Assembly: GCA_012295275.1 (NCBI GenBank)
Contig: CM022679.1
Location: 25,916,001 to 25,980,000, forward strand
Origin: Chrysomallon squamiferum
Lineage: Eukaryota > Animalia > Mollusca
Length of the DNA stretch: 64,000 nucleotides
Reading direction: 5' to 3'
The translations under genes and the position numbers were made by a program. The notes under the pieces are model-generated. The model ran no database searches. It saw nothing but the letters and a program-made list of their open reading frames with translations, and was not told where the DNA came from. Within the stretch, counting starts at the first letter, position 1; each line of letters starts with the position of its first letter. This document shows, in pieces, positions 1 to 22,002 of the stretch.

Positions 1-204
1 TCGTTTTTTTTTTTTTTATCTTTTTATTATTATTATTTTTTTAAATCTTTTATAAGTTTGTTATTTTTATGTTGGTTTGATGATATTTCTGACATATTAT
101 TAAATTTACCACAAAACTGTGTGTGTAGATTATAAAAAGTTAATAGCTTGCTAACATGAAATGACTAAGTGAAACTGGCATCTGTTCTGTGTTGTTGTAT
201 CACT

Positions 205-854
205 ACATCGCAGTTGTCCCCAGGGATATTAAAAACCACACGTACAAATTACAAAATATACATACTATTAAAAAAAAATGACAGGATAAGAATTTTCTGT
301 GATCTGAGTAAAATAATATTAATAATGAAAAAAAAAAAAAGAGAGAGAGAAAGAGAGAGAAAAAAGAGAAAAAATATAATTACAAAACTGTAATAATAAC
401 ACCTTGTAGATGTATGTAATTACTGAAGTGTTATTTATAAACATATTTAAAAAATGAATGTGTGTGTGTGTGTGTATATATATATTATAATCTACACTTT
501 CTGTTAAAAGCTACCAGAATTTTATATGATGTAAAATGATATAATAAATAAGAAATTAAAATAATGAAATTTGTTTTTTAATTAAATCTTTTGCAGTTAC
601 TCCAGGGATATTAAAAAAACATATGCCCCAAAACATGTAGAAATTACGAAATACACTTTCCATTAAAAAAATGACATGATAACAATTTTCTGTGATCTAT
701 GTAAAATAATATTAATAAATATGAGTTTGTTGAATCTTCTCTCTAGTACATTTTTTGTAGTGATATTATTATTAATAACTACATACCCCAAAATTCCTGT
801 AACATAATATCCCAGTAACTATCTATCAACATTTTTTTTTTTTTACAAAGTTCA

Positions 855-888
<34 letters not shown>

Positions 889-1470
889 AATTAAAAAAAA
901 ATTATGATGCAAATTCTATGAATTATGTTAAATTAATCTTAACAGTAATAAACATATAGAATAAAAAAATAAAAATGATGATTAATAAGACATTTTCTGT
1001 GATCTATGTCATAATAATAAAGATAAACAAGAAGATAAAAAAGAATAAAATAATAATGATGAAAAAAAAAATGAAATTTGAAAAAAAGGCAAAATTATAT
1101 ATGGGTTAGCTCAGACAAGTATATCACAATTTGTCCAGTGATATTAAACAGCTACATACACAGAAATAAATATAATATAAGTTTTATAATATTTTAATAT
1201 TGGAGAAAATGTTGGCAGTGTTGTGGGTGGGTTAACCTTCTGTCAGCGCTTCACTGTCATTTCAGAAATATTAATAACTATGAATAACGAAAAACACAAA
1301 AACAACAAATTATACTGGTATATTAATCAAGAGATTATAAAACTGTTAATGACTTTTAAAAATAATATTGTAAGGATGTAAGGAAAAAGTAGAAGAAACG
1401 ATCACTGAATTTTTTTTGATATGCGATACAGTTAGCTTTCTAAATCATAATTACTCCAGGGAGATAAATA
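205..1470 (+). repeat. Degenerate tandem duplications in a JNK intron
   Basis: Recurrent blocks CCAGGGATATTAAAAA (about 220 and 602; variants near 1135 and 1456) and ATTTTCTGTGATCT (about 292, 685, 992). Confidence 0.6.
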
Positions 1471-4400
1471 CAAACATAAACATAAAACTGTGGATTACAA
1501 ATTATTTATTAAACAGTGACTGTGAGATTACTTAAAATATTAAACAAGTGTAAATAAGAAATAAGTAAAATAAATAAAATAAAATGAAATAAAATGAAAT
1601 AAATAAATACATTTAAAAAAAAGAAGAAATAAAGACCATAAAAAATAAATAAATTTAAAAATCAAATAAATGAAAAAGAGAGAAAAAGTTTAAAATAATA
1701 AAGAAAACATATTTTCACTTTAATTTCTTCCAGGTCAATAAAGTTATCTTAAGTGGTGATAAAAGCTATCAAAAAGATGGTTCTAAAGATAAACAAAAAC
1801 ATTTATAGAATGTGTGTGTGGGTTGAATAACAACAACCTTAAACTGTGTCAACACCACGGTTTTTAAGACAAAGCGAAAAAAGATCTGTGAAATCTAATA
1901 ACTCACTGTCAGAGTGTTACATAACTGCCATTCTAGATGTGTGGGTGGAAATCAGTATTTCTCTGCTAAGCAGAAAATACTAAACTCTTACCAGCCTCTG
2001 AGGCTTTCAGTTTAAGTCAATATCATTAAGGATAGTAGGTACTAATTAATCAAAATAAAATAAAACAATCTACATTTATGATGTAGGATTACATACCATA
2101 CAATCATTACACCCACTACACTCACTACAGCCATGTTCCTAGACATTTGGCCAAGACAAATGTACTTGAATCTTCAGCTGATGTAACGAAATAGCTGACT
2201 TAACTAAAGCTTTACTTACATTACAGATGGTTTATGTCTTGTTACAAGATAGCATTTGATTAATCTCTGATTATATAAAAGAAGAACAACATATTCTGAA
2301 GCTGAGGACTATTTTTAAAAAAGAAAAACACGTCAGAAATAATCGGATTAATGATTTTCCCCAGACAACCTCTTTACGGTTCAACAGTAGGGCAATGCCA
2401 TGAATCCCAATTAGAGATACGTTCAGTTTACAGTCTGTAGTTAATGCTTACTGTACCACTTGATGCGTGTTGGGTCCACAAGATCAGTCCTTCTCAGTCG
2501 ACAGATTTATTTATTTCCTGTTCCAGACTGTTTCAACCAGCATCTATTGCAAATCAATAACAGTAAAACATTAAATGGCTGCAGACGATTCCCTTTTTAC
2601 ACTTCTTCATTAGACAGCCGAGCCTGTTAGGAATCTTGTGATTGTTTTCACAGAGCATGTTGAGAGGTTATTAAACAAGCATTCATTCACGTCATCAAAT
2701 ACACTTCATCACGTCTATCTTGTTTTATGTCACTAATGAATGACATTTGTTCACACCAACACTTACAATGTTTTGTGCAGTATTTAGTATTGTGTTGGTA
2801 TTATGCGCTATTATGCACTGTTTTTCCATACATATTTATGTGATGTCTTGTACACTGAAAATGCTACAAAAAAGTCGATGACAATTTGATAAAATGCTCA
2901 ACAGTGTTCCATAATTTGAAATTCAGTTATATTATTTATCTCTGTCAGACACCAAAAAAGCCATGTTTTTTTGTGTGTTTTTTTTCTTTCTGGAATGTTG
3001 TTATCTTCATTCACTGTACTAAAGAGACCATCAGATTTCTAGAAAATTAGTGTTGATTTGTAATAATTAATTCAGATTTCATAATTGCTGTTTTGATTTC
3101 AGCTTAGAGAATGATACCATTATTATAATTTGGACATAAATCAATGAGTGAATGAATATATTTAACAATATAAAAACCCACACAAATAATTATGAATTTT
3201 TATTTATTTTGGTCATTAAAACCATTCAGGCAAGAAAATAGTTAAAAATGATTAAAGCATAGTGTCTTGTTACCTAGCTCTGTTAAAAAAGAAACCCACA
3301 CAAAAAATAATAATAATAGCAAAAAGTTCTCTTTTTGAACAAATTGCCTACTCAGCAAGATTTCTAATTACTTTTTGATTTCCAAACCCGAGATTTTAAT
3401 TGCCATTTGCGTTGTCAGGTCCATGGATCTCTGATGTGGCAAGCCTCTCAGTATCAAGGTTCTTATCTGATTATGGTGGTAATGGAACTGATTGGCTGCT
3501 ACATCATTGGTTACTACATTTTTCTGTTTCGTGGGCTGCCATTATGGCACAGCAGACCAAATCAATACTGATTCTATTGACCGTAATCGATGTTGAAGAC
3601 ATAACATGTTTGAGAATTACATATTGACCCATCTCTGTCTGCTTGCTTTTAGACTTACTTCTTGTCTATGTATGTCAAGTGTCCGATTGATGATTCACTC
3701 ACTGAGTCGTTCTGTAGTTGAAAATGTGAATTCATCAAAAAACTGATGAATCAGGGAAAATGGTGTCGACAGCAGTTTTGTCGTTAAAATGTTCTCAAGT
3801 GTGGGAGTTTGTAAAAATATGGTAATGAAAAAGAATTTGAATATAGTGTGTGACTTTGCTGAATTATGCAAGCAGTTGCAGAGTTCACTTGTTAATGTGT
3901 TCTGATGAGAATACAAATTAGTGTAAAAAAATAGTCTAACTTTGACCTTTTAAATTGTCTTTTTAGGTTATAAAGACTTTTTGTTTCTTTTTCCTTTTAT
4001 TTATTTATTTATTTAATTTTCTATTTTTTGGGGTGGTGGGGGCATTTCCTAAATAAAGACATATTTGTAATTAAGTCAGAACTTCAGAAATTAATCTTTA
4101 ATCAGAAAATGATACCTACTCAGTTATATATGTACAGTTAGAATTATTTGACATAATACAGGTTGACATTCAAAATCCAGCCATCATAAATCCGGTTCCT
4201 TCAGATTTGGTAGTGCATTTTCAAATTTACCATGTTGACATACCACAGTTTTCTGGAGGTGCTGTTTATGATTTGATGGGGCTGCACTCCAGAATCAGCT
4301 GTTGGGTCTTGCTTGCACCTGCTAACAGGCATTCCTGCTCATTCCTTCACATTTTCTGTTAAATATATACAGCATATATAACCATAAAAAAATCCAGCAC

Positions 4401-5078
4401 TCCTCAGGTCTGGAGGTTGCGAGATTTTTGAACATCAACCTGTATAAAACTAATACTAAATATTGATGTTGTGTTAGTAGAGTCTCCAGATCAACAGTCA
4501 ACACGTAAACTATACTGAAAAAAACAAGGCAGGTGAAGTTGCAAAGTTTATTTTGTTTTCTTAGACAATCTAGAGCATATTGATTAATTTTACAGCTTTG
4601 ACAGACACAACAGGTTATTTGAAAATTTATATGAGAAGAGCCTGAGTTGAAATCATTTATTATTTTTGCTTATTTATTTATTTATCATTATTATTATTAT
4701 TATTATTTTTTTTTTTTGGTCTATTTGCCTGATAAAATGTCCTATGAGTTGGATATATATATATATAAACTGAGGTTGGTTAACTGGATAATGTCTGAGG
4801 TATGGTGGACTGCAGAAACAGACTTCTTTACTGTGTCCATTGGCTATTACAAACCAAAACATGTTGACCAAATGTCATTCACTCTATGTGCTTTTCTGTC
4901 TGTGGATAGGCACATATAAACTAATTTCATGCTGCTGATTGGTCATATCGGTTATGGTTGTAATAGCCCATTGTAATGCAATGCTGTAGTTTGTTAAACT
5001 AATAAAATGTGGGTATAATCATATAATGGTATTTTGAGAGTTGTTAAACAAATGTGAATTTATTCAGTATGTTTTTAA

Positions 5079-11357
<6,279 letters not shown>

Positions 11358-12003
11358 CGATGTAAATAGGACCGAGTTTGTATCATATTAGATGCATAAT
11401 TTATTGATTGTAAAAGTCCGAGACCTCCACACACTCACAATGGCTTGCAGGTTTCTGGCAGCTGAATTTAAAAAAATAATAAAAAATATTAAAAAAAAAT
11501 ATAAAAAAAAAAATAAAAAAAAAAGACCTCAGTCTAATAACAAAAAAAAAAACTGCATCTAGCAACAAAAAAAGAAAAAAAATGGAGACAGGACTGCGCT
11601 GTTTCCAAATGGTGCGATAATATAAAATAAAATAAAAAATAAAAAAAACAACCAAGAGAAAGAAATAATGATGACTACCCACGTTTTTAAATGCAATATG
11701 ACTTGATTATAAAACACAGAGAAGCGATGTTGTTGTTGTTGCTGCTGTGTGTGAATAATGAAGCAGGTCTCTGTGTTTGGGTTAAATGTTATGATGAACC
11801 TCTGAAAAGCCGTCTTTTTGATGTTACAATGGCTCAAAAATGTAAAGAAATGGAATTCCACTTGTAATGTATATCAAAATAATTTTTTTTTTTTTTTTTT
11901 TTTTCTTGTGTAACATACTATGCTGTACATGTTACCCTAGTTGAAAGGGTTGTTACTCATTGTAATTATTTTTAAATTTGATTAGGTTTGTTCAGATCAA
12001 GAG

Positions 12004-12067
<64 letters not shown>

Positions 12068-15000
12068 TACTGCCACCTCTGTTATTACTATAATTAAGAT
12101 ATATGTTTATTTAATTTAAAATGTATTTTCAAATAGAAATTATTTCTTTTCAAAACACATTTTAAACTCGCTTCTAAATTATTTTTAAAAAAAAAAATTT
12201 AATGTCTGTTTAACTGATTTAGAGTATAAATCTTTGAATTGTCTGTTAAAATAATAAAATATACAAGTATATATGATCTATAAATAGTATAATTTTTTTT
12301 TTTTTTTAAATTGCTGTTAATTGATTATGAAGGTTAAATCTTTGAATTGTCTGTTAAGATAATAAAATATACAAGTATATATGATTTACAGAATAATATA
12401 TTGTTAAATAAAATACTTACAGATCTCAGGTAAATGGGATTAGTATAATTATTCTTATAAATAAATCATGTTTTCTGAAAAACTCATAGAATAATAAGTT
12501 GTTTTTTTTAAATTTTATTTTAAATGTCATCTTTAGGTATAAGTTGTCAGGTCTTTTACATTGAAGTAAAAACCTTTGTTGATTTGCTAACATAACATCT
12601 GTTCACATTTATAACCAGTTTGGCAGTCATGTGTTTTTTTTTATTAAATTAAATAAAACCTTAATGTCTTGTTAACATAATAACAGTTTAACCCTTCATA
12701 TATCAACCTGTTTAAAAAAAAAATTTTACAATCTTTTCTTTAGATGTTTTGAAATATAACATTTTTATTTTATTTATTTATTTATTTATTTTTGTTGGGT
12801 AGAGACTAAAACATAAATGTTAATATCTGATTATAAAAAAAAAAAAAAAAACTGAGCAAACATTCCTGTTAAAGATATTTAAATGAGTAATGTAAAAAAA
12901 TACTTGATAATTGTTGTTCTGGATAGTTAAACCAACAGCTTGTTTCCAGGTATGTTTGTACCCAGGATGGTAATATCATCAACAGTTTGTACCCTGGATT
13001 GGTTGTACCACCAACAGCTCGTACCCTGGAATGATTGTACCATCAACAGCATACATGTTAGGTAATTATACAAAAAAAGAGTCATACTCTTGGAAAAGTT
13101 GACGGTTTGTGACTTGAATAGGTTTCAACAAGGTTATTTTATAGTTGTTATCTAGTTACTCATTATGTTAAGACTGATCACTCCAGGGTACCATTTATTG
13201 TGGGTACGACCTGCACTATTTACGATTGTAGGGTACAACTGTCTTGATTATGGTTGTCTTGAGTACATTCTGCTCTCAGTCTCAGCAGACTTGAGTCTGA
13301 TTTGAGTGTGATTTGAGTCTGAGTTGACTTGGGTTTGAGTTGTTGACAAATTGTTATGTTTGATGGTAAAACATATCAATGAAATTACATGACGTTTGTA
13401 GTTTGAAGATTAAATTTGATACTAAAACAGAAATTTTTACACAAAAAAAAAAAAAAAATTGGTAAAAATTGGTGGCAATACAGTATTGTCTGTCTTTGAT
13501 ACCAAAACCTTTTCATTCAAATAATATTTTATAACTAATAATGATTTATTTAAAGAAAAAATGAAAATATGAAGTAATAGGTACATAGGTGGATAAGAAA
13601 TGGTTTTGAGTGGTTTTAAAATAGCACATTTTTGATGATATTAAATTTTTATATACTTATTATCTTTATTATACACTGTTTTCACTATTTAAATTTATTT
13701 TTAACCTTAGTTTATTTATTTTTATTATTATTATTTTTTTTTTTATGACCAGATAAAACTTTACATATTTTAACAAATGCATTAACTTTTTAAAAATCTA
13801 CAAATATTACTATTAGGGCTTCATTTACATAGGTACGATAACCTTTTTATTGCATGTTGTAATACTGTATGAGATAATTTAAAATTTATAAAATAAACCA
13901 ATCTGTTAACCACCTTTTAATTTAACTGGACCCACCACCATAAAATGAATAATTATAGACTTATTAAATGAAATAAGTTATGGAAATAATAAAGGGAAAT
14001 TGCTTTATAGTACAGTAATTTGATTAAAATTGGTTTATATTTAAAAATGTATAATAAAATATGTATAATTAGGTTTACATTAAAAAAAAATGACATTAAT
14101 TACCTTTGAGAGGTTCTTAGTCTGATTTGTTACCAGCAAGTTCAGATTGATTTTGTGAAAAATGGGTTGGATTTGTTTAATATTGTATATTGAGATCTGC
14201 AGAGCAAAAGTTTAAAATTTTATTCTTTATTTAATTATTTATTTATTTAATATTTAATTACTTACTATTAATTCCTTGAAACCAGTGAAATACATTTTCA
14301 AAACCTTTTGTGTAAATGAACTATTTTATATTATAAAATGATATTCATATTTTCTTGCATTTCAAAAAACAAAACAAATCCCCCCCAAAAAAACAAAGAA
14401 AAAAAAAAGACAACCTTTTCCACACACCAAAAGTATATTATGAACAGTTTTTTAAATTAAAGTTTTAATGTATATTTTAAGATTTATCATTTTAAAAACT
14501 GAGTGAATGCATTTTGATTTAATGACACCTCAAACCATTTTTTTATATTAAAAATTGAATTATGTTGATTTTTATTATGCATCAGATATACTGTGAAAAA
14601 AGCAAGGGAGAAAAAAAAAGAAATACTTTGCCATTCTAAAGGCTAGTTTTAATCATTATTAACAAGAATTTGTTTATGTATTATTATTATTATTTTTTTT
14701 TTTTAAACATAAAAGCACATATCATAGTCTTTGATTTATTATTAACAACAAAGAACTGGCTGGAACAGATAAATATAAAAATGTATTGTTAGGTTTTGAA
14801 AACTTCAATTGATGTTTGTGTTCAAGTATATATATATATTTTTTTTTATATATATATATATATATAATGTCTCACTAATTAACCTGTCATTTTGTTTCTT
14901 TTGAATTCTCATTTTATTTTATTTTCACTTGTTAACATATAATCTTTTCTCTCTCAGTATTGCTTATTAAAGATATGAAACTTATATAATAAATATTTAA

Positions 15001-18000
15001 TTACATCTAAAATGTTAAGAATGGTAGGCTTTGGGATAATGTCCAAATACCACGAACTACACAAAATTTAACCCTATATTCTCTTTAACTGTTGGCAGTA
15101 ACACTGCAAGAATACTATTAATAATTTTTTTAAATAATTCAGCCTAATGTATTCTGTGCCCAAGATAGATAGGAACAAAACCCTCAAAGGATTAACTGAT
15201 AAAAGATTTAAATAACTTAGAAGTTTTCTTTAATTTTGAAAATTATACGTGGAAACAGTGATAGCACTAATTCTGTTGGTACATAGGTTTAAAATTATTT
15301 TCCATTCTAGTACAGACTAAGAAATTATATAGTAGGTAATTATGAAGAGCAATTGCGTCTCAGATTACTGAATTTAAGTTTAGAAAATATAAGATTTTTT
15401 TTCTTTTTTAATCTATTTTATTTTTATTATTAATAATTATGTACATGTATTTTTTTTTTTTTTTACATTTCAGAGATTTCAGTAACAATAGTTTAATTTA
15501 TGAGACCAATAATACTTGTTGAATATTTTAGGAAGAGAAGATATATTTTAAATTACCAAATTTGTTATTATCTGCTTCTTAAATACATAAATTCCTTTTT
15601 TTTTTTTTTTTTTCGTTTTCTTTCTTTCTTTGGGTATATATTATTATTTTTTTAATATAATTATTATTTTTATTTATCTATTTAATTTTTTATTATTATT
15701 TTTTTTTTTTTTGTATTTATTTAAACAAATTTCGGAGATATAGTATGATGTTATTTTTAATCACTGGTACTCTCTGTATCAAACAGCTGTGATGTATTGG
15801 AAATTTTTTTTTTATTGTTGACAGATATTGGCAAAAGGTTGTAAGTACATTGTATGCCAGTACTAGTAGTCATGTGTGTTTTATGTATTATAATTGGCAA
15901 TAACTGTATATTTTTGAATCCACATGTCCTGTGTTGATGACTAATTTTTTGGGGGGTGCTAGTCACAGCATATTTGTGTCCTGTATGTTTTTCGTTTTTT
16001 GTTTCTCTTCATCTCTCATTATGTGTGTGTTTGCAAGTCTGCGAGTGTATGCACATGCGTGCAGGTGTGTGTTTAAGAAGCTTTACTCATGATTTTTATT
16101 CTGTAGAAGAAAAAAAAAAGTCCTAAAATGGAAAGAAAAAAAAAAGGCTGTCTCTTGTTTATTGTGTTCTTCATTTTAAACAGTTACTTTTTATGAACAC
16201 TATTTTTCAATCAAATAACATTAGGCCATGACTAATTAAAAAATTTGTTTCTGGTTCTGTAATATGCATTATATACACGTATTTTGCTTCCATGGTGCTG
16301 ATTCTTAATGAACCAGCATATTTATTTTATGCATTCACTTCTAACATAGAATAATAAACAGCTCCCTCCAGATGAAAGTATGTACAGCAAAGGTAGTGGT
16401 TAAAAATATCTCCAGACCTGAAACAGAGGAATTTAATTGTCTTGGCCTAAGTGTCGTCTGATTGATCACTTCCAATATATTACAAATTTTGAAAAAGAAA
16501 ACTATTGGCAAACAGGATTTTGTTTCATATAAAATGTTCAGTGGCTAATTTATATCAAATATATATATATATATTATATAATTTTAATAGGATTTTAAAA
16601 GTGTATATGTGTTTTGAAATGTAAGTAAATGCATAAAGATAGGTTTTCTCTGTTAATGTATGTGTGATATTTTATATATATAGATATATATAAAATATTG
16701 AACATATAACATTTACAGTTATATAAATTGTTTGGTCTGAAAAAAAAAATCAATGAACTTCATTTAATAGATAATAAAATGATCATTATTTATTTGTAAA
16801 CCAACAGATCAGGTTGTAGCAAAACACTTTTGTTTGCAAAAAAAACCCAGAATTACTAATGAAAATATAGTATTTCCTTTCTCAAATATCCATTAATTTC
16901 TTTTTAAATTAAATTAAATTATTATTATTATTATTTTAAATACTAAAATTGTACAGGAAATTTTTTACATACAAGAATTTCACTTGACATGGCATTTCCT
17001 TCAAACTGTTTAAGCATATATAATGAGTAATATCTATATTCACATATATTGATTTTTCATTTTTTTTCATTATAATTTTAATTATTCTTCTTGATGTTTG
17101 TTTTATTTTATGTAATTAATAGAAATTATGAAAATTAAAAATGAAGATGCAGAATCATTAATGGATGATCTAACATTTGTCTAACATTTGGTAATCACAT
17201 GATTGTCATTACAGAATAAGAGATAACATTTTTTTTTTTTTTTTTTCAAGCATTTAAGTTCAGATACAGATTGTTTTTGTTTTGTACCATCGGATAATTT
17301 CATCATTATCAATATGGATTTAAACAAAAAAAAAAAGAAGAAACTCATCATAAATTATTAATATTATTATTATTGGCTTAAAAACAATTAGATACTTAAA
17401 TAACAAATAATTTATGTTTGGTAAAGGAAGGAAATATTTGTTTTGACCATAATTCTATTGTTTTATTGTTTAACTTACAAGAAATTAGCTTGGTCCCCAG
17501 AGTGCAGTGATAAAAGATATAAAATATGTTTATATAAAAGATATAATACCAGGATTTTCCACAGTAATAAGTACATAAACCAATACTTAAATGCAGGTAC
17601 TTAAAAAAAAAAAAAAAAAAAAAAAAAAGAAAGAAAGAATCAATAATTGAATGAATAAAAAAACCTATTAAAGATCATTACTTCAACCTGACTTTGAAAC
17701 CTGTCTATACACCTCTAATATTTAATGACCTACATTTGGTGACACAAAGTAATAATCTGAATTTATTCTGCATATTTCCAAGTTTATATATATAATTTTC
17801 TGAAAATTGGGCCCCATTTTATTTAATAATGAAGTATAGCAACAGAAAAGATTAAAAAGATTGTTGCAATATTTTTCAAGATTCATAATGATAAATATAA
17901 CCATAACCATAAATATGTATCAGTTTGCTATAAAGTTTCTTCTGGTCTTGTCAGAATAAAATAAAAATGTCATGAATAATAACTAGTGAAGTAATAAAAT

Positions 18001-19479
18001 TGTGATATTAAATCATTTTGTAACAGTATTATGTTACTGTCATGTTTCCTATTGAGGATGACAGAACAGTGAAATAATAACTTGGAATTATTGTTTTGGC
18101 ACATTCATTTGTACAACCAAAAGTACATTTCAGTATCTTGCCATGAGCGCCTAAGTATGTCAGCATCAGTGAATCTTATATAATCTCTGAAGTCAGGCAA
18201 ACCAGTTTTAGAAAATTAATAAGTTTTGTATCATTAATATATATATATATATATATATATGTTTAAATGAATACTGTGGAGTTAAATAACAATTTACATC
18301 ATGTACTGATTTTAATGAAAGAAGTTAATTTTTTAATTCCCATAAATTGAAATTTGTTGCTTAAAAATCCTTTTTATCAACAGTATATATAATCTCACAG
18401 ATCTATGAATGTTAGTTTTAAGAGAGTTTTAAAATTAATTATTTGGCATTCATTTGTTGGTTTTATAGAGTGAAATTAGAAAAGAAACCAGCTGTCGTAT
18501 TCTGGGCTATCTGTAATATATTTTTATTGGAGAAGAAGAAGAAAAATAATAAATAAAATTTTGGTTTGATTTACAATGCAATACTGAATTCAGTTCATGG
18601 TAAACTGTCTTTGTATTTTTAAATGTAACCTTTGCAGCATGCTACATTAGTTGTATTTGATGCCTTGTACTTTTAGCAATCATGAAGGAAGGAAATACAC
18701 ATTTTGAACATTTGATATGAAATATCTCCTCTTTGTTAATAGTTTCATATTTTAAATTTTTGTTTTTATATTTATTTTTAAATATATTTACTTTTTTCTT
18801 TTTTTTCATTAATGAGTACACGTTTTTTTTCTCTTCTTAGTCAAACATCTGATACAAAATCCAAGTCCATTTTGTTAACAGGATTTTTTTTTTTCTTGCC
18901 TATTAACTTCAAAATTAACTGTACATCATTTAAAAATTGTCTAAAAATGAACTCTTCAGTTTGTTCACTTTTGTTTTTAAAAAGAAATAATAACAAATGA
19001 AGAAACACTGAAACATTGGTCAGTGTTTCTAAGATGTAGTTAATATTACAGCAAGAAATAAAAAATAAAAAAAATATCATGCAAACATAATGTGTTTTTG
19101 TTTATTTTTATTTTGTGTCATTTTTGTAAGATCCATTATTAAATGGAATATTTCTGTTAGACCAACTACATTTTACTTTTTTTTCTGCAAAACCAACCAC
19201 AATAATTATGGGTTATTTAGTATCATCAGCTGTAGTAATATTTTGTGTTACAGTATCATTTCCATTAGACCAACTGTACTATTTTGAGTTATATATGTAA
19301 GACTGGCTGTAGGATTACACATTATTTTCACAAGACAATTATTCTCTTATTTTCACCAGATCAAATACTTAAAAGACAGATTTGAAAAAGAAGCAGCTAA
19401 AATATAGTGTAATGCAACATCCAAATTTTTGAGGCTACTCATAATTATTCCATGTTTTAACACCTTTTTTTTTTTTATT

Positions 19480-19513
<34 letters not shown>

Positions 19514-21632
19514 GTGTAATGTATTTAAAATCTAAATAAAAACAATTTGTCAGTCAGTTTGTTTTATTCCCATGTCCAGTGAACGACAAAAAACAAAAAA
19601 AAATCTAAAAAAGAAAACATTTTAATACTACATTTTTTTACACAACAGAGTTCTGAACAAAGCATCAAATACTTTATACCTAACTAAACAACTGCACAAT
19701 AAGCAGAAACACAATCCTAATTTTAAGTCATTAATACTGACCCATTCACATTTAATAAAAAATAATTAAATAATATTAACAATCTTATGTTGTTTTTACA
19801 ACACTGATGATGCATGGTGAAAGAATTAAAAACAACATCAGTAAACATAAACAATATTCACAACACTTAAAATGAATTAGCCTTCTAAAATGTGCCTCTT
19901 GTATTAGATATAATCATTTTCTGGCATGACAAAAAAAAAAACTGCCATTTTTGCTTATTGTATCATGGTGACTGCATTCAGAAATAAAAAAATCTGATAC
20001 TTGCAGAAATGTTCACTTATATGAAATATGTAATTAGACCTTTTTAAAACTGTTTAATTACAGGCCAATTAATCCAGACATTATCTGTAAGTAAAAGACA
20101 GTACATTTTCTTCCTCTTTCATAGGTAAAACAATGAAAGTAAGAAAAAAACTTAAACAAAAGATTAATATAATGCATATACCAGTGTGGTGTTTTTTAAA
20201 ATCTCATGCAAGCATACAACATATATTGGGACAATTTATTCCAAAAACCTTTGGGTACACTAATGTCATGAGTTTCAAAACAATCCAAGAACTTTGAGGT
20301 GTAAAATGAAGAAGTTAGGATACTGTCACAGTTGGCTGTATCACAATGCAAACATTAGCAAAATATGAAAAATAAAAAATATGTGATGAAAATAAATTAC
20401 GTTCACCATGTACATTTAAAATCATTCAACAAAAATATATACACATAAATCGGATATTTCCCTTTGACCAAAGACAGATCTGTGAAAACTTTATTTTTTT
20501 AAAGAGCTGTTAATATTAAAAGAATAGTTGTCTCTATAATAGCAGGTTTTAAAATTAAATACAAACACTAATATTGTCATGCTTGAATAAATGATTTTTC
20601 TGATCTTTACACTGCTAACAAAAAACAAAATCTTAAGTTTCTGCACGTTTCAATCTTGCTTAATATAGGCAATTCTATTTTTTCTTAGAGTACCTGGAAA
20701 TGTGTTCAGTATTTTGTTAAAGCTTTTCAGTCATCAACATTTTGAAAAAATCCTTTTATCACTTTGTAAGTTTGGAATGTAATTATATTATGCTATTTCT
20801 CCTTTACAAAATATATTAATAAATATTTTTTTTTTATTATTATTTTACTTTTCTTTTTTATTTTGAATTACATAAAAGATATAAATATAAAAAAGTAACC
20901 AATAAAGAGATAATGACAAAATCAGGAATAAAATAAACTAATCAATCAGAAATTTTAATATTATTAAGAATTCTGAGTTACACGTGTGTCTCAATCTATC
21001 TTGATATAAACAAAATGTTAGTATGATCTAATGGGTACACAAAAGGTGAAAATTAACAGATGCAAATTCAAATTTAAAAGTATTTTGTTTTAAAATTATT
21101 GCAAAGCTGTTAGCATCAGACTGAACCAAACTTTTCTAACTGATCAGGCTGACTAACTCAAAAAGGCAAAAACTGTGGCAGAAAGCTGGTGATAATTTAA
21201 GCAAATCTCTTTTTCTCTCTCTCTCTCTCTCTCTCATCTCTGCAACAAAATATAAACATACACACTTCAGTAACAGCAACTAAAAATACTTCTTATAACA
21301 AATCAAGGGGTGTTTTTTTTCTGAACACAATATCAGGTGAGAGAAAAGTACAAAGTTGTAAAATATTAGTCAAATGGGTAAAATATTGCAAAGATAAAAT
21401 TTGCAACGAAATTGACTTTTTTTTTTTGCCCTAAATAAAACTTTGCCCTAAACAAAAAAAAAAAAAAAAAGTGAATTTAATGATAAATTCAGATTTTCCT
21501 TCGCTTTTAAAGAAAATTTCAGATATCTCATACCCCACACATTTCTACTCATCCACAACAAATATATCAAGATTTTTACATCACTTGTTCTTCTCAGCGA
21601 TACATCTAAACATTTTGATTGTAACTCAAGCA

Positions 21633-21943
21633 TCAAACAACCTGGTTCAGAGTTTCCATGATAATGTTCATTACAGGATCAAAATATTTCCTCTCAGGAT
21701 CCATGATATCCAAGCACACTTCATAATGATCACATCCTGGCACTATACGCACTGTCACATCGGCAAAAATATCACTCAGCGCATCGGCAAATTCTGTGGT
21801 TGACACCAGTGGAACAATATAGTCTTCTGTACCATGAATTAATACTATTTTCGGAAGGCTGCAAATATGTTAATAAATGAATAAAAATGAAAATGTATTT
21901 CATGAAATAATAACCTGCCTATATAATAATGATAATGATCATG

Positions 21944-22002
<59 letters not shown>

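Noticed and set aside
278-308. C/D-box snoRNA-like motifs in the intronic repeats
   Set aside because: Box C is imperfect, the spacing is too short, and CTGA is not retained in the other copies.
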